Positions 1-13,500 of a DNA stretch of 64,000 bases are shown in pieces. Under the pieces are notes generated by a model. It had not been told where the DNA came from. It saw only the letters and a list, made by a program, of their open reading frames with translations, and ran no database searches. The stretch covers positions 255,407 through 319,406 of the forward strand of contig NMRA01000026.1 in the NCBI GenBank assembly GCA_002633005.1, given 5' to 3'. The position numbers and the translations under genes were made by a program. The first letter of the stretch is position 1, and the number at the start of each line of letters is the position of its first letter. The DNA comes from Phoronis australis. Lineage: Eukaryota > Animalia > Phoronida.

Positions 1-217
1 TGTGCCCAGCTAATGCGACGCTTAGGGGTGAAGAGTTACCCCAGCTTACGGGGGGGATCTTATCCCCGACGCCCTTCCACAAGTTACGCCGCCCACAGGC
101 CCTTATATATACTCAACCGTTTTCCTGAGTGAAGATATCATGACATCCCCTTGGCGTTTTAATAATACCGAATGATTGAACTACAAGGTCATAGATAGAG
201 CGCCAAGTGAGAGATAA

Positions 218-945
218 GATGTGCAATAACCAAATTAATTTGTAGAGACGATGTACATGTACTTGGTTTACCCGAGTCGTGTCACAAAATGATTTTCAAC
301 AGGTGAGGAAGAGCGGACGCATGGAGCTCTTTTACAGTATCTGAGCATGCGCACTTTTCGCCGTTGCTACCTACTGTAACAAAACCAATAGTCGTAGACA
401 GCCTAAACCAGTGGAGGGAGACCAGAGCTAATCGACTTTGCAAAAGTGAGTACTTAGCACACAAGAGGATAATAAGACTTTCACGCTACACAGTATGAAA
501 AGTGGAGGAGTGAAATATGTTAGCATTTCCTGAGCTAGTCCAAAATCGTAGAATCTCTTTATTTGATACCCAAAGCCATCCNGATGTGCAATAACCAAAT
601 TAATTTGTAGAGACGATGTACTTGGTTTACCCGAGTTGTGTCGTGTCACAAAATGATTTTCAACAGGTGAGGAAGAGCGGACGCATGGAGCTCTTTTACA
701 GTATCTGAGCATGCGCACTTTTCGCCGTTGCTACCTACTGTAACAAAACCAATAGTCGTAGACAGCCTAAACCAGTGGAGGGAGACCAGAGCTAATCGAC
801 TTTGCAAAAGTGAGTACTTAGCACACAAGAGGATAATAAGACTTTCACGCTACACAGTATGAAAAGTGGAGGAGTGAAATATGTTAGCATTTCCTGAGCT
901 AGTCCAAAATCGTAGAATCTCTTTATTTGATACCCAAAGCCATCC
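218..945. repeat. ~364-bp near-identical tandem duplication (218-581 / 583-945) separated by a single N; probable assembly/haplotype artefact
   Basis: Both copies start GATGTGCAATAACC and end CCAAAGCCATCC and differ only by small indels. The N at 582 sits exactly at the junction. Confidence 0.9.
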
Positions 946-1677
946 CTTTATTTCGAAGGTGTTAATGACCGGTGCTTAGGTACTACCTAAAACGCCATTC
1001 ACTGAAGGATCAATATTTAAGTGTTTGCACGTCCTAGATATTGCTGTGATTCCTGACTTTGTTAGTTACATTTTGTTTACAATCATCAGTTGAGGAGTGT
1101 GTAACATCGATCGGTAAAACCGTATCGGCCAGTGCATGTGAGAAATAGTTTCTACTGACGTACGTGTGCATGTCATGTAACGACGTAGATATTAAAGTAT
1201 AGAAAATATACGATATATCTTTACTGTTGTGCTACTAAGCGTGTTTGATTCCAGTGTTACAAAAAGGCAAAATGTACGCCTACTAAGACCAAACTAGCGA
1301 GAATAACTTAACGGGAATCTACTTAGACAGCGTAGAAGTCCGCAGTCATTTGTTAGTGCGAGGTTGTATAAATATGCATTATTGCCGTTGCACAAACATT
1401 ATGTTCGACACTATTGAATGGTCTTTACACCCAGACCGTTGAAAAAGCTCATAAATAAAAGTTTATTGTAAAGGAACCAGTTCTATAGGGACAGGGTTTT
1501 TATAGCGGTGTCTGTAATGTATGCATTGGAGAAGCTGTTAACGTGGTGCGGTTTGCTTGCTCACGATTATAAGTATCATACAGTGTTTTGATATTACGCA
1601 TGCTATGTAACTGAACCTAATGTCCGAGTGAATCAGGTCTAATACACACGTGACGAAAAGATACGTGTCTATTACAG

Positions 1678-4600
1678 ATGGCTCAAGTGGTGGTCGTATT
1701 TGGTGCCGATGGTGAACAGGGGAGCTCAGTTGCACGTGCACTCGTTAGCAATTCCTCGTTCAAAGTGCGTGCGGTGGTGAACAACCCGAACACCTCACGT
1801 GCGAAAGAAACACAACAGCAAGGCGGGGTAGAAATCGTGCAAGCCGACTTGAACAATCTTTCCAATTTAGTCAGTGTATTAAATGGTGCATATGGCTGTT
1901 ACGTTGTAACCGAAACAGACTTTAGCAAACCGATGGCTCACGAGATTCAACAAGGGCGAATTGTGGCGGATGCGTGCGCCCGTGCACACGTGCAGCACGT
2001 TGTTTTCAGTACCGCATGGCCCGTTCACAAAGCACTCGGCGTGCCCGCTCAGAACTGCGATGCAAAGGCTGAAATAGAACAATATATGAGGGACCTAGAC
2101 TTGCCCCTATCATTTGTAACTGTCCCAATATTATATGAAAGCCTTTTCGACGAGTATAAGCCTCATCGGGACCCAAACAGCGGCGCATTCCTAATGGGTA
2201 AGTTGTTTTGGTAAATTTTTGTCAAAAACTATTTCTTCACCCAGTTCTATCACAGTGCTGCTTTGTACGGCAATAAGAGCAACAAGACTCTGAATGCTTG
2301 GAATTTTTTTGTTAAAATTACTTCCCTGGGTTTAGCTGAAAATATTACGAATACCTCAAACAGTTTCGGGTTCCTTCGGTCATCTAATACGAATATTTTC
2401 GAACAGGGTTGGAGCAAAATTCTGCTTCGCCTCATAGCTTTGTCATTCTGGTCCCATCATCGTTCGCCACTGGAGCCGGTCCATTACCCAGACCCCTCTC
2501 TCACACTTTAAGCATGATGACATATGCCTCAACGGAGCCTCAATTAAACCTACATTTACATGTACAGCGTAATACTTCCGGTGGAAAATTCAAGCCTATC
2601 GGAGCAATTGAGTAACAACAATTTCACAAAAGCAAACAATGGCGGGTACAATTTCAGGAAACTCGGTCAAATGGAGCCTTTTCACTGACTGCAGAAATTT
2701 CAAATCTTCGACGTCAAACATCGATCCATACATAGCGCAGGCGAATATTGCCGGTCAATCCGCATGTTATTGTTTCATGTACATGTATAGACATTGCAGA
2801 GGTGCACGGGCCTCGTAGCAGGCTTATTCTGCATGTCTACCTGTGCAGTTGAGTTTTTTGCAAAAGATTCATGTGTCATCGGGAAATTATATCCGGCAGG
2901 AAATCCCTGAGGTATCTCACGTTAAATAGGTTTTGAAATTTCACGATCATCTCTCTGGAAGGTTGTATTCCTGCGGTGATCTTCATGTCAGGGCCTCCAC
3001 AAATCCGGGGCGGCCCTGTCGCGTAACAACATGGGACCCCTCTTTGTAAAAGTTGGGAAATCTACGATCAGGCGTTAAGCGAAAATTGTAGCCACCAGAG
3101 GTAAATTGTGGCGACAACGATGCGGGAAGCTCAAATTTATGCCAAACGGGGAATGAAAATTAACTCCGAGATGGAAGCGATAGAATATTATGTTCTGACC
3201 TGGAGGACTGGTTTTTAGTATCAGTGCCTCTCCAGCACTATTCAGCAATTGGGTGAAGTCAAGAAATGGGCAGATATTTGAAGCCTTTGCAATGGATTAT
3301 TACAGAAAAAAAGCGCTTATGCATCGGTCCAAGAACAAAAATTCGGTGTCTGAGTATGTTTCAACACCTAGTGTACATGTATGTATTGTTTTTATTTTCG
3401 TTTTACATTTGCTTCAAGAAATGACTGGAATGCAAGCTTTCAATTTCCACATCTAGGTGGAGCTCACAAGCTGTATTTTTTGTTTAAATGGTCACAATTG
3501 AATTTGTCTAGCAAAGGTGCCGGCCGCCTGCTCTATTCGCTGGGACTGCTTCCTCGCTGGGGTTGCAAAATTCTAGAATCGATAAAGGGGTGTTCCGATG
3601 TTTGAATAGTGCTTTGCTGGTTTCCAAAGAATTACCAAAAAGTCATAAATCTCAAGCAAAGATTCCAGACAGTAAAGCGCTAGCGGCGGAACTCTGATGA
3701 TTTGCGATGAAATCACGGCGCACACGAGAAGATCTGTTACATGTACTTCTTTTATCAACGACGATTATTCGTTAGCATTACTACGTTTTCAACGCCGCGG
3801 GTAACGTCGTTTTCAAATCTTTAATCAAGAGCGTGCGTATCTACTCTAGTCGATCCATTTCAGCACTTCCCATCGGCAAATGCACCATCGACTTGATGAG
3901 TAGCGAAGACATCGGGCCGGTGGTATGTAACGTATTCAATAACAGACCTCACTTCCTAAACAAGACGGTGTGCATGAGCGCCGAGAAAATGACGGTTGAC
4001 GATATCGCTCAGATTCTCAGGCGACGACTTCAACCGCACGTGTTTAGAGACCGTCAGGTGAGATGTTTATACGAAGCGGCTTAAATTTTTGAACTCTAGA
4101 TTTAAATCATTCACCGCCACAAAACTAACATCAAATTGTTCATTACTCAGACTAGATGCGATTTCTGGATTAGAAAATAATTGTTCGTTATTGCTGGAGA
4201 CTTGGACGGTCCACAGCTCGTTAACTTGTTATTTTACGTTGGCCTCAAACAATAACGACGTATCAGTTCTCACTAGAAGCCAACAAACCATTCTTCATCA
4301 AAGACTTTTTAAGGCCACAAGTTACCATTATCAAAAGTTCGTTTCTTTAACGGAAGGCGGGTTGTTAGCCGCTCAAAGCCCAGCCTCCTGTTCAGTAACG
4401 CTAGGACCTCGCTAAAAAACAAAGACTTCGCGAAATTACGTGAGATATTTCGGGGTATTTTAAGTGAGAGGACGTGACTTAAGCTAAATTTTAGCTTGGT
4501 CCTAGCGTTACTGAACGTTGTCTCTCATTTGCGTTGGCATAGCAAATGACATCTAATCACATTTAAATGCGTCAGGCCGCCAAATTCAGTTAAGTTGTAT

Positions 4601-5078
4601 TAATTTAGAATAAATAAATCGATAGAGGCGATTTTTCAAAATAAAGTTTTAATGTTAAAGAAAATTTATATTTTATTATGGTTAGGCTATATTGGAAAAA
4701 CTTTCGTGCTTAACTTCGTTTACGCCAATACAATACCGTCCAATCACACGCTGTTTCAAATAGGCCTACAGAATGTCTTAACAAAAATTTCACATCGTTT
4801 CCTGTGACAAACGAAATAAAAAATAAAACCAGAACAAAAATTGAGAGAATGCAGTATTTTGCATTTCCCATCTGATCTCATTTCAGGTGACCGTGGATGA
4901 ATACCGAAACCTTGGTTTCCCCGGTAGTATGGATATTGCTAACATGTTTGACTGTTTTGCCCGGAACGAGCAGAGGTCAAGCATCGATGCCACGCTGAGA
5001 CTAAACCCAAATTTACAGAAGTTTGAATTGTGGGTAACAAGACACGCTGATGAAATCTTGCAGAAGATTCACAACTGA
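1678..5078 (+). CDS. NMRAL1: NmrA-like family domain protein (NMRAL1/HSCARG-like, atypical SDR); coding exons 1678-2197, 3864-4057, 4887-5078; ~301 aa
   Basis: N-terminal Rossmann motif VVVVFGADGEQGSSVARAL; GAYGCYVVT; DAKAEIEQYMR; C-terminal LGFPGSMDIANMF...TLRLNP, all matching recalled HSCARG. GT-AG junctions give phases 1 and 0 and a 906-nt ORF. The AG directly before the ATG suggests an upstream non-coding exon. May be a paralog rather than the 1:1 ortholog. Confidence 0.9.
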
Positions 5079-5381
5079 TAAGGACAATGTTTATTAAAAA
5101 GTACTCTCATTCGGTGATTGGTGTTATACCGCGTTTTACACTGGGAGGATGGATGATTTCTGTGGGTTGGGGTAAAATTTGGCCCTGATGATACTAGATT
5201 TGTCATGAAGAGATAGAGTTGTGCGAGAAAATGAAGAATACACTTATAATAAAAAACAATGTATTAATAATTATAATAAACTGGAAAACTAACAAACGAA
5301 CGCAATGAAACGTTTAAAGAAGCTTTAAAAGCACAATGGTCAATTTTCAGCACAGCACCAATGGCAAGGTTACAAGGTAAC

Positions 5382-5541
5382 CAGTGTTGTAGCGGTAAAA
5401 TTAGAGGTAAGTAGGCGCCCAAAGCCCACCGTATCACCTTGAGCACTGAACGTAACTTACGGTGCGTAGGCGCTACGTTCAAATGCCGGCCAAAAGATGG
5501 TTGGCTGCGTCTACGTGCGCCTACGCCCCACTACAGCACTG
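5382..5541. mobile_element. 160-bp MITE, hAT-like
   Basis: Terminal inverted repeats CAGTGTTGTAG...CTACAGCACTG, flanked by an 8-bp near-duplicated target AAGGTAAC (5374-5381) / AAGGTAAG (5542-5549). Confidence 0.7.
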
Positions 5542-5619
5542 AAGGTAAGAAAACTTGCACTCTCCATTACAAATACGCCACCACCTACATAGAAATACTA
5601 TGGGAATAAGAGTGTATCG

Positions 5620-5810
5620 TGTGGACTTTGCGCCCGCGAGGTAGTCTTTAGTGCAAGGGTCACCCATTTGCAGAATTTTCTGTTTTCACTTTTACAAGTT
5701 GTCAATGAATACAACTGCACTTTGTTTAGCATACATCATGTTCAAATAGCATTTACCTTTAGACCCTGCTATACGTTACCATAGTTAGGGGCATGTGCAT
5801 ACATCTTTAA
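5620..5810 (+). repeat. Interspersed repeat family A, copy 1 (other copies ~15080-15285 and ~62015-62210)
   Basis: Shared core GTTGTCAATGAATACAACTGCACTTTGTTTAGC...GCATGCAAATACATC in all three copies. Boundaries approximate. Confidence 0.75.
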
Positions 5811-6139
5811 AGCTAAACTCAATATAAGCCAGTCGCAGCTTGCATTGACTCGAAACCAAAAGCAATAGACCAAGATGGCCTCGTTATCACAACAAATTAT
5901 GACCAGTGTTATCAAGTGTGACTAGGGTATATTTAAACCAAGAACCATTGTTGGCTGAAAAAATGCACAACAAATAGTACAAAACGTTACTAGATATTTT
6001 ACAGTTACATTCACAGTAGAATTAGATCAACTGACACTTGAAAAGAAAAGCAAAAGATTTCGACTGAATTCCGTCCATCATAGGTAAAAACAACCTGAAC
6101 CGGATGTGACAATAGACTTCGTTGAATTGTTGTAGAGGA

Positions 6140-6219
6140 AGCAGTGTGACCTAGTGTGATAGGCGCCCGTTTCCTTTTGCTCTAGGTCATGGGTTCGAGT
6201 CCCACTGGGTCACACTGCT
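6140..6219 (+). mobile_element. tRNA-derived SINE head with long terminal inverted repeat
   Basis: A-box-like TGACCTAGTGTG and B-box GGTTCGAGTCC. The ends AGCAGTGTGACCTAGTG / CACTGGGTCACACTGCT are complementary. No canonical cloverleaf. Confidence 0.5.
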
Positions 6220-7520
6220 AAGTCCTCCAGTCAGGTTTCTAGCTCCTCAGCTCCGTTTTAAATATATATTAATAAAACATAAAAATGGTTCCAGGTAATC
6301 AATGCAATGGGCTCTCATGCACAGCCTGTGCCCGTTAAATACAACGTGTATCAGACAGCCTGGAATTATTTTTAGCTGTGTTGTATCCAACAGAGTAAGC
6401 AGACAATGTTACGTTGGCAGTGACCTCAAATACAAAATATTTACCAATCGATATCAAACAGAACCAGGCAGACGATAAAGAGACTAACACTGTCCTCAAT
6501 GGGACTTGACACGCTGTCAAACAATACAGTCACGATGGGCAGAATCACGTGCAAGAAACTCACTCCAAATGTATTGGTTTTGAAGTCCGTCCCAAACCGA
6601 TGGTGCGGCACAAGACAGAAAATAGATTAAATTGCAGCCTATAGGTTCACTTAGTAGTTTGCTGTCCCGTAAGTGATATTGGAAGACATACCTGAGCATT
6701 ACCCATCACCTGCAACCTTAACGCTGTAGTAACTGGTCGTTATTGTTATCGTTATCACCATTTTCCTCGGTATACAACACTTTAGAAACACGCTGACACT
6801 TAGGATTTACATACGGGAAGACTTTCAGTATGTGAATCAATACTTAAGTGCACGGGTGTTCCCGTCAAAGAATCATGGAGATGTGAAGCATTTGGCTGAC
6901 TTGTCGTATGTCTAAAGATGTGAAAAAAGCAACAAATAAATGTTTAACTTTGGTCTTGATCAATCACCATCTTTGTGACATCACGATCCTAGGCTACCAG
7001 AAAGCCTCGCCTCCCTTATTCCCTAAGTCGCTCACTACGGCACCAGCAAGCCTCGCCTCCCTTCTTCCCTAAGTCACTCACTTAAACACTCAAGAAAATG
7101 GCGCTGATTGTACACCACCCCCGACATGATCTGTGGTCAAACTAATCGAAATAACCGAATATCACAACACCATCTTCGTTCTGCTCAGCAATGAAAAGAC
7201 ACAATTCTACTTCCATCGACAGCGACACTTCAACCATATAACGTCTACCTCGGGCCAATTTCATGAAAAGTGACCTTGACCTTGACCACTTCCACTTGAC
7301 AGTTGTTGAAAAAATATTTTCCAAGAAATTATGAGCGAATCACAGTGGAAGAATAATTTATAAAAGATATCACGGTATCTTACATTCTCAGAGACTGCAC
7401 TTTTGCTCGAGTGAGATTTCATTATTTTTCAGAAATAGTTGTTTGGAGCGTAAGTCCAAAATTTTGACTTACGGCGTCTCATGTCACTTTTTGTAAAAAA
7501 GACCCAAGGGCTCAACTTTT

Positions 7521-10500
7521 TTAAACTGTTTCATCATCACTAAATTGCACCAGCTCGTTGACCAAGGCTTCGGGTGACACAGGCTGTGATGAGTGTTTCT
7601 CTGAGTTGTAGATACGTGAAATCTGCACCAGCATGGGACCTGTGTCTGTGTCCGTCAACCACTGCGGCGTGGTGCTAGGATTCTCCAGCATCGACAAGAA
7701 GGCTGGTCAGGGGAGATAACACCGTAGGTTAACAGACAAGATTAATAACTCCACTACAACCATGAGAGAATTTACAGTGAATACCAATTTCAGACAAGAC
7801 CAATTGCCCCTTTTCCCTTTTCAAGGGTTGCTAGCATTAAGTGTTGCATTTTAAAAGATGCACCCGGGGACGTACTACTGCTAAGTACTTGCGCCTTTTA
7901 TTTTTTATAAGCTATTGGTGCAAAGGCACAGTCCAGGAATATCCCTGAGCATTGTAAGTCTGGTTTGGAATTACAGTAGTCGATGTGGTTTCTTAGGGGA
8001 TACCAATGTTAAAAAGTGAATTTTTGACATCTGAAATTAGACTGAAGTGATGCATTGGTTGGATAAGGTTTAAGAAAGAAAAAGACATTCAAGAATGTTA
8101 CGTTGACAAGATTTTCTTATCACAGCACATCACACAGGAAAATTTAAACAATCACGTGAATTTTTCTCATTAATAATTTATGGCTCACATTGTTTCTATC
8201 CAACAATATATAATAAAATTATTGTATAATTTTCACTTACAAAATCGTTCACCTTGCTCGAACAATGGTGCATCTTGGACGCCGCAAAAGTAACGCCAGA
8301 CTACCTAACCACTCGTGGTACGTCATTTAGGTCAATGGAACGCATACGCATAATAGAGTTTAGGCAACTTGTTCTCCTAATATGGCCATAACTATAACTC
8401 ACCCAATAGACAGCGAGGGTTGTTTAGACCCAGCTGGACGACAGAGTCATTCATTATTGCCCTATAGAGGGAGCTTCTGGGGTCTAGCCCTTCATCTGAT
8501 TCATCTTCGCTACTCACATGGGACTTCCTGTCACCTAGCAACCACTCGCACTACAATGAATCGAATACACAGATTTGACTTGAATTACAGCTACAATCGG
8601 GCATCTAGCAAAAATGACATCTCAACAACGCAACTATTCTGATTGGCTGCGAGATGTCAATCATATCTAGCGATGGTGTACTAAGTACTCAAACCAAGCT
8701 TTGGGAGAAAAAAGTTTATAAACTACGAATTTACGAAGCATAAGTTCAAACTTGAGACACCGTTTATGGAAAATTAAATGACAAAACTTCTATTTTTATC
8801 CTTCTCTGCATGAAAGATGAGCCTCCCGAATGCTCTTAGTTTATTATTGGTGGCGCACAATGGCCAGTCTTTTTACCTCAAGCTCCAACTGATCAAGTGC
8901 TTATCTTTGTATAATTAATCTTTTTTCAAACAATGTATCATTCCCAATTTCTCATGCATCACCAGAACAACAGTTGTTGAACAAATTGTGTTCCTGTTAA
9001 AAGAAGGTTGTTAGTGAAACATCTTAGTGGTTCATGACTGAAGAATGTAGACTATTCCGTGGCAACAACCACACAAATAGAGTGAATCATTAAAATAATG
9101 AATAAGTTTGCACCAATAGTGAAGAATATACCAGACTGACAAGTTTGCCCCAAGCAACACCATGACTGTGATCCTCACAACAAACACTATTCACGCCTAG
9201 ACATAATGCTTGCTAGTGTTTTCTCCGCTTTTCTCCAGTTATTGCACACGATATTTTTCATTATAGTAAATATTCTGCCCCTAGGTGTCCTTACTCACCG
9301 CTGCATCCTGATTGTTCCTGGTGGTTCGTAAAGCCACTATGACATCATCTTTCTTAAATCCCATCTCTACCAGACTAGCCACCATCTAGAAGGAGTAAAG
9401 TGATCACAGTTTAAATTCAGCCCACAAAACCAATCATGCAAGGATTCTACAAGTGTTGGGGACTAGCACTAACTGAAAACAGAGAAATACAATACCTCAA
9501 AATCTGAATATTTCAATGTTTGCAAAAAATAAAAATTTTAAAATATTCAAAAGCAGAGCCACGTTATTGTCCCACTACAGGTACTGGGAATAAAAGCTTG
9601 TTCTTACTTTTGCTTACCAAACACCGTCATTTCTAAGATTTCTGACACAAAATCATCAGAGAATCCTGAAATACCACACATATCCTGTCCTTCTGTATCT
9701 CCAAAATTGCATTATCTTTGAGCATGACGCCGTGAACCACTCACCCATCATACAAGTTTCTATCCATAGTGTCAACAACAGACGATGTTTACATCTGCAA
9801 ATGCATTCGTTGTTAAGAGTTCTTGCAGTTTTTACCAGACATCACAACTCGATAGCCAATAGCTTACTATGCTTCAAACAGTTATTTTGGCGAGTATTTC
9901 ATATTGCCATGAAGCTCTTCCTTTTAAGATAACTGTTCTGTTCCACTGAACAGAGTGGATATGGAATTCCACATCATACCAGCTGAAATGATGAAACGAG
10001 ACAAACCATAATGGGTCATTACCAGCAACAAATGCAATACCTGTCTGATTATTTCCAGTTTACGCAACTTACTTTTTGGTTTGGCTTAAACTTTCTTCTC
10101 TTGAACTCTCTGAAAGACTCCAGGATATTGATCTTCTTGCATGGATCAACAGGTTTACTGCTGCAGTGAGGCTCCTGTAAGAGTATCACACACACGTGAG
10201 CATATAACTGCGAGGACCAATAGGCAAACTGTTGTGGTGAACTTCCTGCACTGGCACCACAAGTGCGCAACAGTTTTAGACGACAAAAATTAAGCATTCA
10301 GTGCAAAATTGATATCAGCTAAATCAATGACAGTGACTAAAATGGGAGCAATATCAAGAGTTGACATGCGCACGAGAGAGGTAGTGCAAATGGCAGCCAC
10401 TAGAGGGAGCTCACAATATTCATCATTCCCCTTGAAGACAGAGAACAACTAAGTGCAGACATGCAGATATTCACAATTTATGACATTCACCAAATTTAAG

Positions 10501-13500
10501 ATTATTTCACGTTCAATGTCTTCAGTATGATCAGAATGCAGCAAGCAGTTTTTACCATTCCGCCATGGATATAAATGTTAATATATAGGCTGCCAGTCAC
10601 TCCCAGCCGGGGGGATTCCGTTTTCCATTTCCTTAAGAGAAAACGTGTGTATCGCACAATCAGCACTGCGCTGCCACAATAAGATGTAATTTCTTCTAGT
10701 CCTTCCTGGGCGTAACACCAGTTACTGTACATTATAATTTTTGTTCTCAAAATTAGAATTATAAACTAAACTTTACTTACATTAGTGGCTTCCATCTCAG
10801 ACTGCGTTGCCTCTTCAACATCATCGTCCCCTTCATGATGAATGAGCCAGTCCATGGCTTCAGTCACATTCATGCTGAAAAATGGGCAAGTCTCAAACTA
10901 GCTGGTCAAAAAGGTGCCAAGCGTCATCACATAGCAGCCAAACACGCCTGACAACCACGCCTGACAACCACGCCTGACANNNNNNNNNNNNNNNNNNNNN
11001 NNNNNNNNNNNNNNNNNNNNNNNNNNNNNNNNNNNNNNNNNNNNNNNNNNNNNNNNNNNNNNNNNNNNNNNNNNNNNNNNNNNNNNNNNNNNNNNNNNNN
11101 NNNNNNNNNNNNNNNNNNNNNNNNNNNNNNNNNNNNNNNNNNNNNNNNNNNNNNNNNNNNNNNNNNNNNNNNNNNNNNNNNNNNNNNNNNNNNNNNNNNN
11201 NNNNNNNNNNNNNNNNNNNNNNNNNNNNNNNNNNNNNNNNNNNNNNNNNNNNNNNNNNNNNNNNNNNNNNNNNNNNNNNNCTTCATTCTTGGTCATGAGG
11301 GAAAGTTGGTGTGACGATGATTTCAGTTTCTGTACCGCCATCATAACAGGGAATTCCAAGTTCTATCACCTGTCCTTTTGGGGTGAACTCTAAGGGCTGG
11401 TTTGGTCGACAGAGGGATGGACGCCAAAAAAAAAAAATTCGAAAACAACAAACATGGCCACTAGGTGGCGCAAACTATGTTGAATCCATCCGAAAACAGG
11501 AGGATAGCGTCATCTTACTAATAGATGTCTATGTGTCAAATTTTATAGAAATCTGTTGAGGACCTTTGAAGATACAGAGGTAAACGTGAAAAACTAAAAC
11601 TGCCACTAGGGGGCACACCGGTACACCTATCTGTCCGAAAATTGTCCTACTCTGATGTCAACTTCATATAAATACATTTGCTAAATTTAATAGAGGTCCT
11701 GTAGAATGTTTAGGAGATACAGCCATGGGCGCAAAAACAAACAAAACTGCCACAAGTTCTATCATCTGAGTACTTTTGGGGTGAACTCTAATTTCATATC
11801 ACCAAGAATGGATTTTAATAAAGTAATGAATCAAGTGGCAATTTCAAAGCACAATATGGCAGGTAAGTAATTTTGTTTTCTCATTTTCAACGGTTAGCAG
11901 CACAGGTGTTAAACTCTGCCAGTTTCAAGTTCTGTACTAAAGTTGTAAAAGACAGGCAATGAAGTGGTAACTCTGGTAATTTTTGGGGAATTTCTTTGAT
12001 TTTGCCATCATATATATAAAAAAAGGCAGTCAGAATTTTGCAATGATGTCCAGAAAAATATCTTTGATATACTGTTTTTTTTGGAGTCAGGGAATGCAGA
12101 GATTCTTTCGCTTATAATATAGCACTTGCAACTTGATTTCATAGCTCTTCTCATCTAAACAAATGGCAAAATGATTGACTGGAACCTATAAATTTAACAA
12201 GACTTAGTATGGAAATGCAGCATTCATCAAACCCTGGTGAGTGAAACAATAATTCCAGTGAAGTACAGAGTTTGTAACAAAGCAAGTTCCAGTCTTAAAA
12301 GCATTCAATGACCTGCAGGACTTAGAATGACCAATGACAAAAAAGAGAAAAAATTTCCAGGAGATGTATCGTTGCACAAAAAAATCAGTTTGTGTGATAT
12401 AAATATTTCTTGTGTAGTAAAATTTAAGTGAAATCAACACTTTTGCATGAATAATGTCAAAATAATGACAAAGAGACGATACAAGAGCAACTCGGAGCGT
12501 TGAAACGCGCCTACGAATGCATCGCAAATGGTGTGCTTTTAGGGTTGTTTATTTGTATCATTAAAATGGCCACTAGATGGTGCAAAACACATCGAATCCG
12601 TCTGAAAACCAGAAAATGTCATCGTTTCTATAAAAGAAAGCCACTTACCAAATTTAATTAAAATTCATCGAGGAACTTCACAGAAACGGAGGAAAATGAA
12701 AAAAAATGAAATTGCCACTAGGGGGCAGAGTGTTCTTCGGGTCCGTAAAGAACTCTTTGTCTTCTCTTGTTAACTTCATATAAATAAACGTGATAAATTT
12801 AATAAAGATCCTGCACAGGGCTTAGGAGATACAGATATGGGTGCAAAAAATGCCACTAGGCGGCGCCACAGTAGTCGAAGTCATCGTAAAATTATCGTCA
12901 ACCGCCCCCTTCATAGAAAAAACATACCAGCCAACTGTCACAATCATCCTTAAAATGGTTTGGTCGACAGAGGGATGGACGCCAAAAAACAGACTCGAAA
13001 ACAACAAACATGGCCACTAGGTGGCGCAAACTATGTTGAATCCATCCGAAAACAGGAGGATAGCGTCATCTTACTAATAGATGTCTATGTGTCAAATTTT
13101 ATAAAAATCTGTTGAGGACCTTTGAAGATACAGAGGTAAACGTGAAAAACTAAAACTGCCACTAGGGGGCACACCGGTACACCTATCTGTCCGAAAGTTG
13201 TCCTACTCTGATGTCAACTTCATATAAATACATTTGCTAAATTTAATAGAGATCCTGTACAACGTTTAGGAGATACAGCCATGGGCGCAAAAACAAACAA
13301 AACTGCCACTAGGAGGTGCCACAGTAGTTAGTCAAAGTCGTAGGAAAATCATCATCAACTTTCTCCATCATAGTATGAACATACATGCCAATTTTCACAA
13401 TCATTCGTAGAGTGGTTTGGTTGTTAGAGGGGCGGACGCCAAAAAACGACTCGAAAATAGTAAAAATGGCCACTAAATGGCGCAAAATGTCTCGAATCCA

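Noticed and set aside
282-828. Identical 60-aa ORFs at 282-464 and 646-828
   Set aside because: They come from the N-joined duplication, have non-ATG starts and show no recognisable homology.
10898-11359. ORFs of 153 and 119 aa spanning X residues
   Set aside because: They are open only because of the N gap.
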